Shown piece after piece: positions 9,177 to 19,395 of a stretch of 64,000 nucleotides of DNA. Both the position numbers and the translations under genes were made by a program. The stretch lies in the IMG/VR virus record IMGVR_UViG_2974731955_000001, positions 34,827 through 98,826 of that record; one strand, given 5' to 3'. This stretch comes from a virus. Its lineage: Duplodnaviria; Caudoviricetes. Below the pieces are notes generated by a model. That model had not been told where the DNA came from. It worked only from the letters and a program-made list of their open reading frames with translations, and made no database searches. Positions within the stretch are counted from its first letter, which is position 1, and every line of letters begins with the position of its first letter.

Positions 9177-9578
9177 ATGAATACACATGGTAATCTACTT
9201 ACGTATATCGCATTTGCTATTGTAGGTTTATTATTAGCTTACAATACGAACTTCTTTAAATTAGAGGAAGTTCGGGCAGACCCAGTAAAACCACTAGATT
9301 TGCCCGCATTACAGTTTAATCCTAAAGCTAATTTATCTTTAGAGATTGATCTAGACAAAGGTGTTTCCAACGTAAAAAGCGATATGCCGATTGCTAACGT
9401 TGATGTCACTGTCAATCACCCCACGAAACTCGTGGAAAAGGTAGTAAAGAAACCATCTAAGAAGGAGGTAATATATGAAACAAAAACTGAATATTTGGAG
9501 AAAGTAGTGATGTTTACTCTACCTACTCCTCACTTTCACGTACCAAGTATTCAGATCCCTAAAAGCGTAGAGAGATGA
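9177..9578 (+). CDS. Membrane-anchored or secreted hypothetical protein
   Basis: N-terminal hydrophobic helix (LLTYIAFAIVGLLLAY). Confidence 0.75.
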   Translation: MNTHGNLLTYIAFAIVGLLLAYNTNFFKLEEVRADPVKPLDLPALQFNPKANLSLEIDLDKGVSNVKSDMPIANVDVTVNHPTKLVEKVVKKPSKKEVIYETKTEYLEKVVMFTLPTPHFHVPSIQIPKSVER

Positions 9579-9670
9579 AAGCAAATAATAATACATTAGA
9601 TAAATTAGCATTTGTAGGCTTAATTATCTTCTTTATAATGTGTTTATTTTTTGCATGGTGTATAACATAA
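9575..9670 (+). CDS. 31-aa single-TM peptide (MKANNNTLDKLAFVGLIIFFIMCLFFAWCIT)
   Basis: ATGA overlap with the upstream stop and a hydrophobic helix. Not in the ORF track. Confidence 0.55.
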   Translation: MKANNNTLDKLAFVGLIIFFIMCLFFAWCIT

Positions 9671-12075
9671 CAGTTAAAGATAAAAGCTGTCAGGTCAAAC
9701 GACTCCTTACCTGTAATAAGAAGAAGAAGAGTGATATTGTAGCTGTACACTTAAAAAGCAATAAGATAGCGCATATTATATTTGGATGAGTCTGATCAAC
9801 AAATCGTATAATATGGACAAGAAAGACAGGATACGAGGATATGATAGTGCTAACACACGATTCAAAAGGTAGTATGATAACTTATTAAGAGTATTTTTTC
9901 TTTTACTCAGAAAAATTAATAAGAAAATGGGTAAGTGTAGATATCAACCCATTCTATTTATATATTGAGAACCGCTTGGAGAATATATAAATTAGAGAAG
10001 ACACTTATTAATACTTATCGATAAAGTAGAGAACTATTAATATAAACGATACCGGAGTATGCTTAAGCAGCTACCAATAATATTTAGTGACAGTAAATAT
10101 TATTATGTCTAGAGTAAAGACAGTAGTCAACTTCGTTAAGAGTCCGTGGAGGAAACCAATCCTGAAATCAAGAAGGGACTTTAAACAGCAACTGCAACTA
10201 TCACAAAGGGTGATAGAATTACTCAACAAAGAACTGACTAAGTTCCAGGTAGTGTCCAAAGCTACCTTACTGAATCCATTTTAATTAATTTGGATAGGTT
10301 AAATAAATTGCTATCTTAGTGTTCACTGCATCAGTTTTGAAACGCTTATATGAAAGAATATAGGGAAAATGTAGTTATGAAGGAGATTAGATATAATAGA
10401 GGGTGCTATAAGGTGCTACGAGTCTAAATAGAGTAGAATCAATTTCTACAACTTTTACTCTTGGAAGTAAAGGTTAATAGTAGGTATTACTAGTAAGATT
10501 CATATGGCTGAGAGGCTATGATCCATACATGGGAAAGTAGATAATCGAGACTATCTATGGATATTGTATGACAGATTATCCGGATTAGGTGCCAAACCTA
10601 TACTTTATAGAACTATTATATCAAACGTGATAGTGTTTTCTGCAATTGAGTTATATCACGATAAAATAATGGAAACGCAGAGGTTTGAAGAAGTGAGCCA
10701 AATCATTAGTTCATATTATAGAATATATCTGGCAAGTATAGTATATAAGGAGAAACTTATATTTTATCTATAGTAAGTTTAATCCACTTAATACGAATCT
10801 TTACGTCAGTAACACAGCTGTTGGTTGATATCCATAAATTGTGCAAAGTTCAGTTAAAGCTTTCCTTAAAATATACAGCGAAAGTAGGGCTTCGTGAATA
10901 AGCCAATGGGCTAAATTCAAGTCTATGAAAGTAGAGCTACTGAATCTAACGATTCATCACTGGCCCGAGAGTTAACGAGACTCTTAAATAAAAGCGTTAT
11001 TAACATGTTTAACCAAAGTAGTGGCTACACCCACGAAATAGTAAATTATCGAGAAGTCCTCGCTGGTCTTATTATAGTGAATGAGCTACTGTTGTTAAGT
11101 AGAGAGTAACTTAGGATGAATGCGACTCGATCAAGCCAACCGTTATAGCTAAAAGAAAACTATTAGAGTTATATTACCGCAATGATATAATGTTCAATAG
11201 AAAGCGTTTCGCAGAAGCTTATAGACCTTTAGACCTGTCGTAAGCAAGAGTAAGCGGAAATAGGTGAAAGTCCTAGATATTCGTGCTTGTAAAACAAACA
11301 AATCCTCGTAAGGGTCACATGGGCAGTATACTGCATGTGAAAGAATAGAGTGGTAACCACTTCAGGGTGAAAAGACTGAAAGAGTTAGGTTTAGTAACGT
11401 TTCCTTAAACGACCGTATGTGTGGAGCATTCGATAAAGTAATCCTATGTGGTTTATTATAACTATCAGTATACTTAGGCCAATCTAAGGTATACACACTT
11501 TCTAGTGTATTTGTTTTGATAAGATTATAATAGTTCGCTGAAGAAGCTCAGGAATTTATAAAACTAGTAGCATGTGCATATCCCTATCAATATACAGCGG
11601 TAGAAGATAGTAAATAACGTATTGATCTTGTGACTTATTAGTCAATGTCGTAAGATCTCATTAGTCTGATGTTGGGCAAACGTAGTGGACCATTTAGGCC
11701 ATGACACGAACCTTCATTGACGAGTATGAAGAGTAAAGAAAGATTCTAAAGTAAGACTAGTTCCATAATCTGTGGTGATGAAAACACAGTATTTAAGAAG
11801 AGGAAGTATCTACTTAAATATGTCTCTATGGAGTGCTAGAGTAATAGCAATAGCAGAATTACAGAGTGAAATAGAATCCAATCTATCTCATCAAGTATAA
11901 AGAAATAATTTCAAGGAGTAAGCAATTGAATTTGCGTAGGCGATCGGATAACAGGCAACTGGGCAACAAACTCCCCTATAAGAGAAAACTCCAGTAAAGA
12001 AGTTCTTTTTATTTTTGAGTTTATTAATTTTTTAACAACATTTTAAAAGTTTCGTTGGTGGAATCAACCACGAAA
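9671..12075 (+). ncRNA. Candidate giant structured ncRNA, or cluster of ncRNAs (~2.4 kb)
   Basis: No credible ORF. More than 20 local hairpins plus nested long-range helices. Strand inferred from the flanking genes and from G.U-compatible pairs. Confidence 0.6.
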
Positions 12076-12092
12076 TCAAGGAGGAAACAATT

Positions 12093-12626
12093 ATGAATTA
12101 TATTCGAGTAAATGCCGCCATTTGCGGTTCAGTATTAGGTAAAAAGATTCTAATCGTAGAACGGAATCCAGTAGATCCAAATTATTCAGAGGATAAGAAA
12201 AACGGACGGTTGTGTCTCAGTCGCCCTATTTATCTTTATTCTATTAAGCCGATTGATGTATCTTCAGTCGAGCTTGTAACTACAGCAAATGGTGAGGAAC
12301 GGATTGAGTTTAATCATGAGCCGACATTACGGCTAGATATTGCAAATGTTGAGGATATCAATAAAGTAATTCCCGTTCCATCGGCAGCCAGTGTACGTGC
12401 AGCTATTGAGAAGTACGAACGGTCTAAAGAAGATATTACTATCTTCGTCGATTACGAAAAATTATTACGGGAAGTAATTGCGCTAAATCTTGACGAGAAG
12501 AAGACTTATGCAGCATGGTTGTCTTATCAGATGAAGTTGTGCGGCACATTAGCCGAGGCAAACGAAGCTGAGATTGCAGCTTGTAAAGCGAGTATGAAAG
12601 AGTTTGGAATTGAGATTAATCTTTAA
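12093..12626 (+). CDS. Hypothetical protein
   Basis: 177-aa ORF preceded by a hairpin and AAGGAGG (12078-12084). Confidence 0.8.
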   Translation: MNYIRVNAAICGSVLGKKILIVERNPVDPNYSEDKKNGRLCLSRPIYLYSIKPIDVSSVELVTTANGEERIEFNHEPTLRLDIANVEDINKVIPVPSAASVRAAIEKYERSKEDITIFVDYEKLLREVIALNLDEKKTYAAWLSYQMKLCGTLAEANEAEIAACKASMKEFGIEINL

Positions 12627-12631
12627 TCGCA

Positions 12632-13162
12632 ATGGATGCCCTAAGTAAATGGGCATGGTTCGATCTTTGTTATATGTTCTCTGATAGAGATTTTGTTAGT
12701 GATATGCTAGAAACAGATGAGAAAGTTCTAGCAAAACATGTTACGGTAAACAAAGATGGATCAGTGACTCTAAAAAAAACAAAATATTCTTGGATTAATA
12801 AATTATTCCGAGGTGAGATTGTACTCAGTCCAGAGACAATTTGTCTTCGACTGATTAGGAAAGTAACCGGTTACGGTGGTGGTCGAAATGACGCTGCATA
12901 CAATGATTTGTGTCAACGTTTTTCTGAATATTATAAAGACGGAAATTATAGTTTGGCTATTTCCGCAATATTTGTGGCTTATCGTTTTGTTCTAGCTCCA
13001 GATATAAAACAAATGCAAGAGAATAATCCCGTAGTTGAGAGAGGGGTTATTCGTAAAAATTCAAATGTTTTATTAAATGGAGTTATGGTAAAAGACGGTT
13101 CAGGTCAAGCTGTTGTAGTTGATTGGTCTGATCCCAATCAAATTCTATTTCGTCGTCCATAA
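12632..13162 (+). CDS. Hypothetical protein
   Basis: 176-aa ORF starting 5 nt after the previous gene. Confidence 0.8.
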   Translation: MDALSKWAWFDLCYMFSDRDFVSDMLETDEKVLAKHVTVNKDGSVTLKKTKYSWINKLFRGEIVLSPETICLRLIRKVTGYGGGRNDAAYNDLCQRFSEYYKDGNYSLAISAIFVAYRFVLAPDIKQMQENNPVVERGVIRKNSNVLLNGVMVKDGSGQAVVVDWSDPNQILFRRP

Positions 13163-13242
13163 AAATCGACAATCCTAAGTAAGAATAATATTGACAGTAG
13201 ATGAGTTTTGTTAATATTATATCTTACTCAAGATATTTACTA

Positions 13243-13273
13243 AAAGAGAGACAGATGAGTTACGTCTCTCTTT
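13243..13273 (+). terminator. Hairpin, possible intrinsic terminator
   Basis: AAAGAGAGAC...GTCTCTCTTT inverted repeat with only a short U tract. Confidence 0.4.
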
Positions 13274-13442
13274 AAATATGGACGTGATAATGTATCTGTA
13301 ATGGATACTAAGTAGATGGCTAGCTCCAAGAATAAGACGGAGATGCTATATCGAGGATAGACACGTCCTCACGGGTAGTTGATCAAATTCAAGTATAAAT
13401 CGATTTAGACAAGATGAGTATTAATTTAAAATCAATTTGTAT

Positions 13443-13952
13443 ATGAAGACAAAATCAACGGAAATTAAAACAAAATTAGAGAAGTTACACAAAGATATCT
13501 CTTGGCAGTGGAATATCATTCGTAGTGAGAACAAAGTTGAGAAAGGTTATAAACGTCGTTATGATATGAAATCCTTACTTGAGGATATCTTCAGTAAAGC
13601 AGAGGAGCGAATTCAGTGTAAACTAGATCAGCTCTGTATAAATATGGGATTTAAGTCTCGTGCGGACTTACCAAAAGACTGTATTTATCCTACTATCTTC
13701 AAGTTGTCTGAGGTAAATGAGCAATATGTTCAAATTGGTATTATTATCGATAAGGCAACAATTGATCCTTCTTATAAGATGAAAAAAGGTAAGAAGAATC
13801 TAAAAGAAGAAGAGGAACTTACTCGTGACTTCTTAAATAAGATGAAGAATAATTTGCAATTGCAGATTATCGATCTTAAAAAGAAACTGGCTGACTTCAA
13901 TGATGCTGCGGAGTTAGATCTAGATAAGGCTTATATGTATTTAGCAGCATAA
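13443..13952 (+). CDS. Helical hypothetical protein (weak resemblance to DIP1984-like proteins), ends in YLAA
   Basis: ORF track 13437..13952, with ATG at 13443. The family resemblance is by eye only. Confidence 0.7.
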   Translation: MKTKSTEIKTKLEKLHKDISWQWNIIRSENKVEKGYKRRYDMKSLLEDIFSKAEERIQCKLDQLCINMGFKSRADLPKDCIYPTIFKLSEVNEQYVQIGIIIDKATIDPSYKMKKGKKNLKEEEELTRDFLNKMKNNLQLQIIDLKKKLADFNDAAELDLDKAYMYLAA

Positions 13953-13958
13953 GGAATT

Positions 13959-14026
13959 GATCTATCGTCTCCATTAAGTTGGATAAAAGATCTGGCAAGT
14001 CGGGTTCGAATCCCGGATAGATCTCA
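13959..14026 (+). ncRNA. tRNA-like element lacking a normal anticodon arm
   Basis: Acceptor GATCTAT/ATAGATC, T arm TCGGG-TTCGAAT-CCCGG and a 34-nt interior with one small hairpin. Confidence 0.65.
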
Positions 14027-14067
14027 AGTCTCGAATCTATTATTAACACTTTAAATTATCAAAATTT

Positions 14068-15210
14068 ATGGAAACTAAAGATATCAAATCTAAAGAAAAG
14101 AAAGCAACACTTTTAGATAAAGCAAAAGCATACAAAGAATTAATTATTAAGAATGCAAATGATCTTGCGGATCGGATTCTCAATAAAGCAATTGCCAAAG
14201 AAGAACAAGAAAAAGCTTGGCAAAAAAGAAAAAAAGAACTTAAAGCAGAAGCTGATAAAAAACGTAAAGAAGCTGCTTTAAAGAAGCGAGAGGAGAAAGC
14301 AAAGAAACTTATCTCTATTCATACTTCAATTCCTAGTAAAGATACTTCTGAAAAGCAAAAGAAGATCGATAAGGATATTGAAAAGAAACATGATGAAAAG
14401 ATGATTGCTAGTGAGACTAAATATGAAGATTGGTCACCTAAGCAACAGAAGCTTACTAAAGAAGAGAGGATTGAGCGTAATAAAAAACGTGCAATTAAAC
14501 TTATTCATCATGAAGAAGTTAAAGATAAAATAAAGCATACTACAGCTGAAGAGAGAGAAGCAAGTGCGGCAGAGCAACGTCGTATTGCTTACCAAAATTA
14601 TCTAGCTGAAATGCAACGTCAACAATCTGAAAAAGAAGCTGATCCAAAAGCAGCTGCAGAACGTAAAGAAAAACGTTTAACGGCGAAGAAAGATCGTATG
14701 CAGATGTTGGCAGAGAAACGAATTAAGCGAATGGAAAGACTCCAAATCGTTGAGTTAACTCAGAAGCAAAAGTTAGCTAAGGATCTTGAACACTTCAAAC
14801 AAGCACAAGAAGCTCGAAATGCTAAAAAGAAAGAGCAACGAGCCAAATATCTTACTAAGGGTGGAAAAGAAGTTCCCAAAGTAAAGAACAAAGTTGATAT
14901 AAGACCAACGATAATTGAGAACAAAGTAGATAACAAACATCGTTATATTACTAGAACTCAACATATTGAAAAAAATACACCTATTGGGGAGACAGTAGGC
15001 GCTATCATCTGTATACCTACAAAGTTAAAGGATATTGTAAAATATAACTTTAACAAATTAATGGAGAAAGAATCCGATAATCTAGTTGGAATCTTTATCT
15101 ATGATAGCGATAATCCTGAAGTGTGTATAATGGAAATGGTTAATTCAAAATATCGTGAGATAGATGGAGTAACTACTACGCGCATGAATCAGGAAAAACA
15201 AGCAGCATAA
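14068..15210 (+). CDS. Lys/Glu-rich coiled-coil protein
   Basis: 380-aa, highly charged helical ORF with a small C-terminal globular region. Confidence 0.85.
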   Translation: METKDIKSKEKKATLLDKAKAYKELIIKNANDLADRILNKAIAKEEQEKAWQKRKKELKAEADKKRKEAALKKREEKAKKLISIHTSIPSKDTSEKQKKIDKDIEKKHDEKMIASETKYEDWSPKQQKLTKEERIERNKKRAIKLIHHEEVKDKIKHTTAEEREASAAEQRRIAYQNYLAEMQRQQSEKEADPKAAAERKEKRLTAKKDRMQMLAEKRIKRMERLQIVELTQKQKLAKDLEHFKQAQEARNAKKKEQRAKYLTKGGKEVPKVKNKVDIRPTIIENKVDNKHRYITRTQHIEKNTPIGETVGAIICIPTKLKDIVKYNFNKLMEKESDNLVGIFIYDSDNPEVCIMEMVNSKYREIDGVTTTRMNQEKQAA

Positions 15211-15258
15211 GCTGATATTCGTCTATGAAACAGGGGCGCGTCTGTTCAACGCGCAAAT

Positions 15259-15339
15259 GATCCACTCGTCTATTGGTTAGGACGCAAGATTTTCTTGAGT
15301 GAAAATTTGAAAAAAAGTTCGATTCTTTTGTGGATCACA
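15259..15339 (+). tRNA. tRNA-Glu(TTC)-derived element with a remodelled anticodon arm
   Basis: Acceptor GATCCAC/GTGGATC, Glu-type D arm TCGTCTATTGGTTAGGAC, then GCAAGATTTTC followed by a non-canonical extension. T arm AAAAG-TTCGATT-CTTTT. Confidence 0.65.
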
Positions 15340-15353
15340 TAAATTCCATAGCT

Positions 15354-17270
15354 ATGAAAATTAAAGACAAAACTTGTATAGTCTTTGATATTGAAGTTCT
15401 TAAGAATATATTTACCTGTACGTGTAAAAATACAGAAACAGGAGTAATTACTACTTTTGAAATATCTTCTAGAAGAGTAGACATTCAAGAATTAGTATAT
15501 TATTTTACTCAAGACTGTTACTTTGTTGGTTATAATAACCATCATTATGATAATCCAGTACTAAATTATGTATTTTCTTTATATAATAAAAATTATATAA
15601 ACTATTTTAGTACTAGAGAGATAATAGAGTCTATATTCAGAATGAGTCAAATTGTAATTGATAAAAACTCTAATTTTGAATTATGGAAAGAATATAAATA
15701 TACTAAGAATTTCTTATCAATTGATCTATTAACTATGCTATATTCTAAAGCATTACGAGTATCTTTAAAAGAGATGCAAGTAACTATGCAATATAAGAAT
15801 GTAGAAGAATTCGTAGTAGATTGGCAACAAGATCTTCCTGAGAAAGATATGGATCGATTAATATCCTACAACATTAATGATGTAGAATCTACTGAGGAAC
15901 TTTTGTATCGATGTAAGGATTTACTTGAACTAAGAGTAGAAACTGAAAGAGATTTTGGACTACAATGTTTAAGTTTAGATAGAGTAAATTTAGGAGATAA
16001 ACTATTGCAGCTTAAGGTTATGCAAAAAGCAAACCTAAGTAAAGATCAATTAGAAAATATGAAATCTCCTGTTGATCGTGTAGATCTAGAGAAAGTAATA
16101 TTTCCTTGGATTAAATTTAGCAATCCAATACTTCAAAAAGCATTGCAAGATATGAAAAATCAACACAATGTATCTCCGGGTAGAAAAGGCTATATAAATA
16201 CTTTTATATTTGGTGAAATGGAAGTAACTATTGGAGTAGGTGGTATTCATGGTGATAATGGTTGTTGTTCAATCAAGTGTAATGATGATGAACTATTATT
16301 AGATTCTGATGTAAATTCACTATACCCAAGTTTAATTGCTAAATATGAATTATACCCTCCTAAATTAAAATTTATTCTTAAAGAAGTATATCCAGAAATT
16401 ATTCGAGATAGACTTGAATTTAAGAGAACTAAACAGAAAAACAAAAACGAAACATATAAATATATGCTTAATGGAGTAACTGGTAAAATGCAACAAGAAG
16501 TATCTTGGTTATATGCACCATTCTCTATTATGCAAGTACGTATCAATGGTCAATTATTACTTTTAATGCTTGCTGAAAGACTTTTAAATTTAGGATGTAA
16601 GTTATATCAGATTAATACTGATGGTATCTTATATAAGATAAAAAAGACTAAATATGAGGAATTACAACAAATATTAAAGGAGTGGGAAGAATTGACTAAA
16701 CTTACTTTGGAAACCGAACAATTTACTTCATTCTATCAATTAGCAATAAATGATTATTTTGGAGTAGATCCTAATGGAAATATTAAAAAGAAAGGATTCT
16801 TTTTAACTGATGTTGAATTAGGAAAAGGTTTATCACCAAAGATCATTCCCGAAGCGATTATTAATTACTTTGTACATAACGTTCCAGTAGAAGATACTAT
16901 TAAATCTTGTAGAGATATACGTAAATTCTTACAAGCAGAGAAGACAGGTAAACAATGGACAGTTGAATATAACGAACAAGTTCAACAAAGAACCAATAGA
17001 TTTTACGTTAGTAATAGTGGATACTATTTATGGAAATGGAAACTTGATGATACTGGTAAGAAATCATATCAGAATATGTTAAAAGGTTACGGAGTAAGAC
17101 TTCATAATCGATTTTATTCTGATGAAGATCTTCAATGGAAGTATTCTCAAGGAGAAACATTCCAGAGTATATACGATATTAATTATCAATATTATATTAC
17201 TCAATGTATTAAAGTAATAGAACAGTTAAAACCTAAACAGTTAAACCTATTTAATTTTGACGAATTTTAG
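15354..17270 (+). CDS. DNA polymerase family B
   Basis: Exonuclease motif FDIE; polymerase motifs DSDVNSLYPS, KYMLNGVTGK and NTDG. ATG at 15354 chosen because the GTG at 15330 lies inside the tRNA-like element. Confidence 0.92.
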   Translation: MKIKDKTCIVFDIEVLKNIFTCTCKNTETGVITTFEISSRRVDIQELVYYFTQDCYFVGYNNHHYDNPVLNYVFSLYNKNYINYFSTREIIESIFRMSQIVIDKNSNFELWKEYKYTKNFLSIDLLTMLYSKALRVSLKEMQVTMQYKNVEEFVVDWQQDLPEKDMDRLISYNINDVESTEELLYRCKDLLELRVETERDFGLQCLSLDRVNLGDKLLQLKVMQKANLSKDQLENMKSPVDRVDLEKVIFPWIKFSNPILQKALQDMKNQHNVSPGRKGYINTFIFGEMEVTIGVGGIHGDNGCCSIKCNDDELLLDSDVNSLYPSLIAKYELYPPKLKFILKEVYPEIIRDRLEFKRTKQKNKNETYKYMLNGVTGKMQQEVSWLYAPFSIMQVRINGQLLLLMLAERLLNLGCKLYQINTDGILYKIKKTKYEELQQILKEWEELTKLTLETEQFTSFYQLAINDYFGVDPNGNIKKKGFFLTDVELGKGLSPKIIPEAIINYFVHNVPVEDTIKSCRDIRKFLQAEKTGKQWTVEYNEQVQQRTNRFYVSNSGYYLWKWKLDDTGKKSYQNMLKGYGVRLHNRFYSDEDLQWKYSQGETFQSIYDINYQYYITQCIKVIEQLKPKQLNLFNFDEF

Positions 17271-17313
17271 CAAAGCGTATCATATCATGTCAGGTTCTTA
17301 AAAGAAGAAGAAC

Positions 17314-17874
17314 ATGATCATTGAACTAGATACAAATCTAATGGAAACATTAGATATTTCAATAAATCAGCTAGTATTTTTAAGTCTTGTATTAGATAAG
17401 AATCAAAAGTCCAATCAAGGTATCACAACCATTATTCGCCGGGTCAGTGATAATGAGATACAAGACTTAATCGATAGAAATTTTATTCAAAAGAAAGACG
17501 ATAGTAAAAAAGTAACATATAAACCTACTAAGGAATTAGTAGATAAATTAACTCCTAAAGATATACTTTTCGAGCAATTTTATATGTTATATCCTATCAT
17601 GGTTACTAGACCAGATGGAACTAGAGGCTTTCTTAGAAGTAATCTAAAGAAATGTAGAGAATATTATAACAAATTAGTTAAAGGTAATCCCGATCTTCAT
17701 AACAGAATCGTAACTGCTTTAAACTTTGAGCTTACTGATAAGGCAATGACAGGAAAGCTTGGTTATATGAAAACTATGTGGAAATGGCTTACTTCACATG
17801 AATGGGAATTACTTGAAGAACAAATGAATGCTAACCAATCTGTATTTCAAAGTTATGGAACAGAATTACGATAA
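17314..17874 (+). CDS. Replication-associated protein (possible wHTH initiator or helicase loader)
   Basis: Lies between the polymerase and helicase genes. Has an FEQFYMLYP motif of the type seen in phage replication organisers. Confidence 0.55.
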   Translation: MIIELDTNLMETLDISINQLVFLSLVLDKNQKSNQGITTIIRRVSDNEIQDLIDRNFIQKKDDSKKVTYKPTKELVDKLTPKDILFEQFYMLYPIMVTRPDGTRGFLRSNLKKCREYYNKLVKGNPDLHNRIVTALNFELTDKAMTGKLGYMKTMWKWLTSHEWELLEEQMNANQSVFQSYGTELR

Positions 17875-18766
17875 CTTACCTATCTTTAAACATATATCTG
17901 AAGTAACAGAAGATACTAAAGAATATATTAAAAAGAGACAAAATCATGAAATTGAACCATTAAAAACAAGATGGAATAAATTTAATGAAATGTGTAGTAT
18001 AGAACCTGGCATGGTTTGTACTATAGCAGGTATATCAGGAACTGGTAAGTCTTCATTTGTAAATACGTTACAAACTGATTTAATTGAACTTAATCCTAAT
18101 CAAGATATAGTTATTCTTTCTTTCTCGTTTGAGATGCTTAGCCGTGCACAAGTAGGAAGAACTTTATCTAATAAGTTGCATCAAACAACTAAGGCTTTGT
18201 ATTCTTTAAAAGATATTTCATTAAACGAAATAGATAATACTTTAAATACAATTAAAGATTATCCAATATATTTTGTTGATGAATATCTAACAGTACAACA
18301 AATAGATAAAACTATATCATATTTTCAAGAAACTATTGCTAAAGATAAATGGTTAATCATAGTACTAGATCATACTTTATTAGTTAGTAGTGATAATTAT
18401 AAAGATGAAAGAATGATTATATCAGAACTTGAAAAAGTATTTATTAAAGCAAAGAAAATTGGAAAAACTACAATTTTTCAATTATCTCAAATGAATAGAA
18501 ATATTGAAAATATAGATAGGATTAATAATCCATCGGCTCACTATCCGATGAGAAGTGATTTATCTGCATCTGATTCTGTATTTCAAGGAAGTGATGTTAT
18601 AGCTGTCTTACATAGACCTGAAATTTTAAATTTGATGGCATATGGCGTTCAAAGACTACCCGTACAAAATCGTATATATCTTCATTTTCTTAAAGTAAGA
18701 GAAGGAGAATTAGCGATACTTGAATTTGAAAACGACCTGAAATATAACAACCTAATTGAATTATAG
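17855..18766 (+). CDS. DnaB-like (SF4) replicative helicase
   Basis: Walker A GISGTGKS, SFEM, VLDH, LSQMNR, SDLSASDSVFQGSDVI and KVREG motifs. Confidence 0.9.
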   Translation: MEQNYDNLPIFKHISEVTEDTKEYIKKRQNHEIEPLKTRWNKFNEMCSIEPGMVCTIAGISGTGKSSFVNTLQTDLIELNPNQDIVILSFSFEMLSRAQVGRTLSNKLHQTTKALYSLKDISLNEIDNTLNTIKDYPIYFVDEYLTVQQIDKTISYFQETIAKDKWLIIVLDHTLLVSSDNYKDERMIISELEKVFIKAKKIGKTTIFQLSQMNRNIENIDRINNPSAHYPMRSDLSASDSVFQGSDVIAVLHRPEILNLMAYGVQRLPVQNRIYLHFLKVREGELAILEFENDLKYNNLIEL

Positions 18767-18783
18767 ATAAAGATTTTTATTAA

Positions 18784-19299
18784 TTGGTTAAAATTTTGGC
18801 GAATATGACAACAGTATTTAATTCAAACGGCAACAATAAGAAATTTAACGAGAACAATAACTTTGATTATAAAATCGATTTGACTAAGTATTTCGCTACT
18901 CCTACTACAAAGTATCATAGTGACTATACGTCAGATATTCTGAATAAGATTCGATCGATCTTTCCGTGGGCTACAAAGAAGAACGATACTTCTTATACTA
19001 TTACTCTAGATAATGCTCCTATTGAGTCTTATACTCTATTAGGCGTTACTCCTGAGGCATTAAATCTTGAATGGAATAAGGCAGCTTCTCGCCTGTATGA
19101 TTATATTTATTATACAGAGAATCCGTCCTATGACTTCATGATCGGTGGTATTCCGGTTAAGATTCATGGGAATTACATTCAAGTTGGTACGAAGATTGTT
19201 CCGAAGTTTACGACTTCGAAATTCTTTAATAACTTATCTAAGAAAGAGCAGATTATTATTTATAATATTTCTATAAATATTAATGCAATTTCTGCATAA
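18784..19299 (+). CDS. Hypothetical protein
   Basis: 171-aa ORF, start uncertain. Confidence 0.65.
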   Translation: MVKILANMTTVFNSNGNNKKFNENNNFDYKIDLTKYFATPTTKYHSDYTSDILNKIRSIFPWATKKNDTSYTITLDNAPIESYTLLGVTPEALNLEWNKAASRLYDYIYYTENPSYDFMIGGIPVKIHGNYIQVGTKIVPKFTTSKFFNNLSKKEQIIIYNISININAISA

Positions 19300-19395
19300 T
19301 TAAAATAAACAGATCTTTTCAGAATTTTTTCAAATATTATCGAACTGTATCAAACTTTTTCATTCATTTCTGAAAAGTAGATAAAACTTCAATTT

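Noticed and set aside
10071-10773. Short ORFs 10071..10259, 10087..10284 and 10564..10773
   Set aside because: They are short, lack convincing starts or leaders and overlap dense hairpins, so they are probably spurious.
9671-12075. Group II intron or RNase P RNA as the identity of the large non-coding region
   Set aside because: A GGTGAAAGTCC motif occurs (~11263), but I found no canonical domain V, no GTGCG 5' end at a gene break, no interrupted host gene and no RNase P P4 consensus. A degenerate origin cannot be fully excluded without a covariance search.
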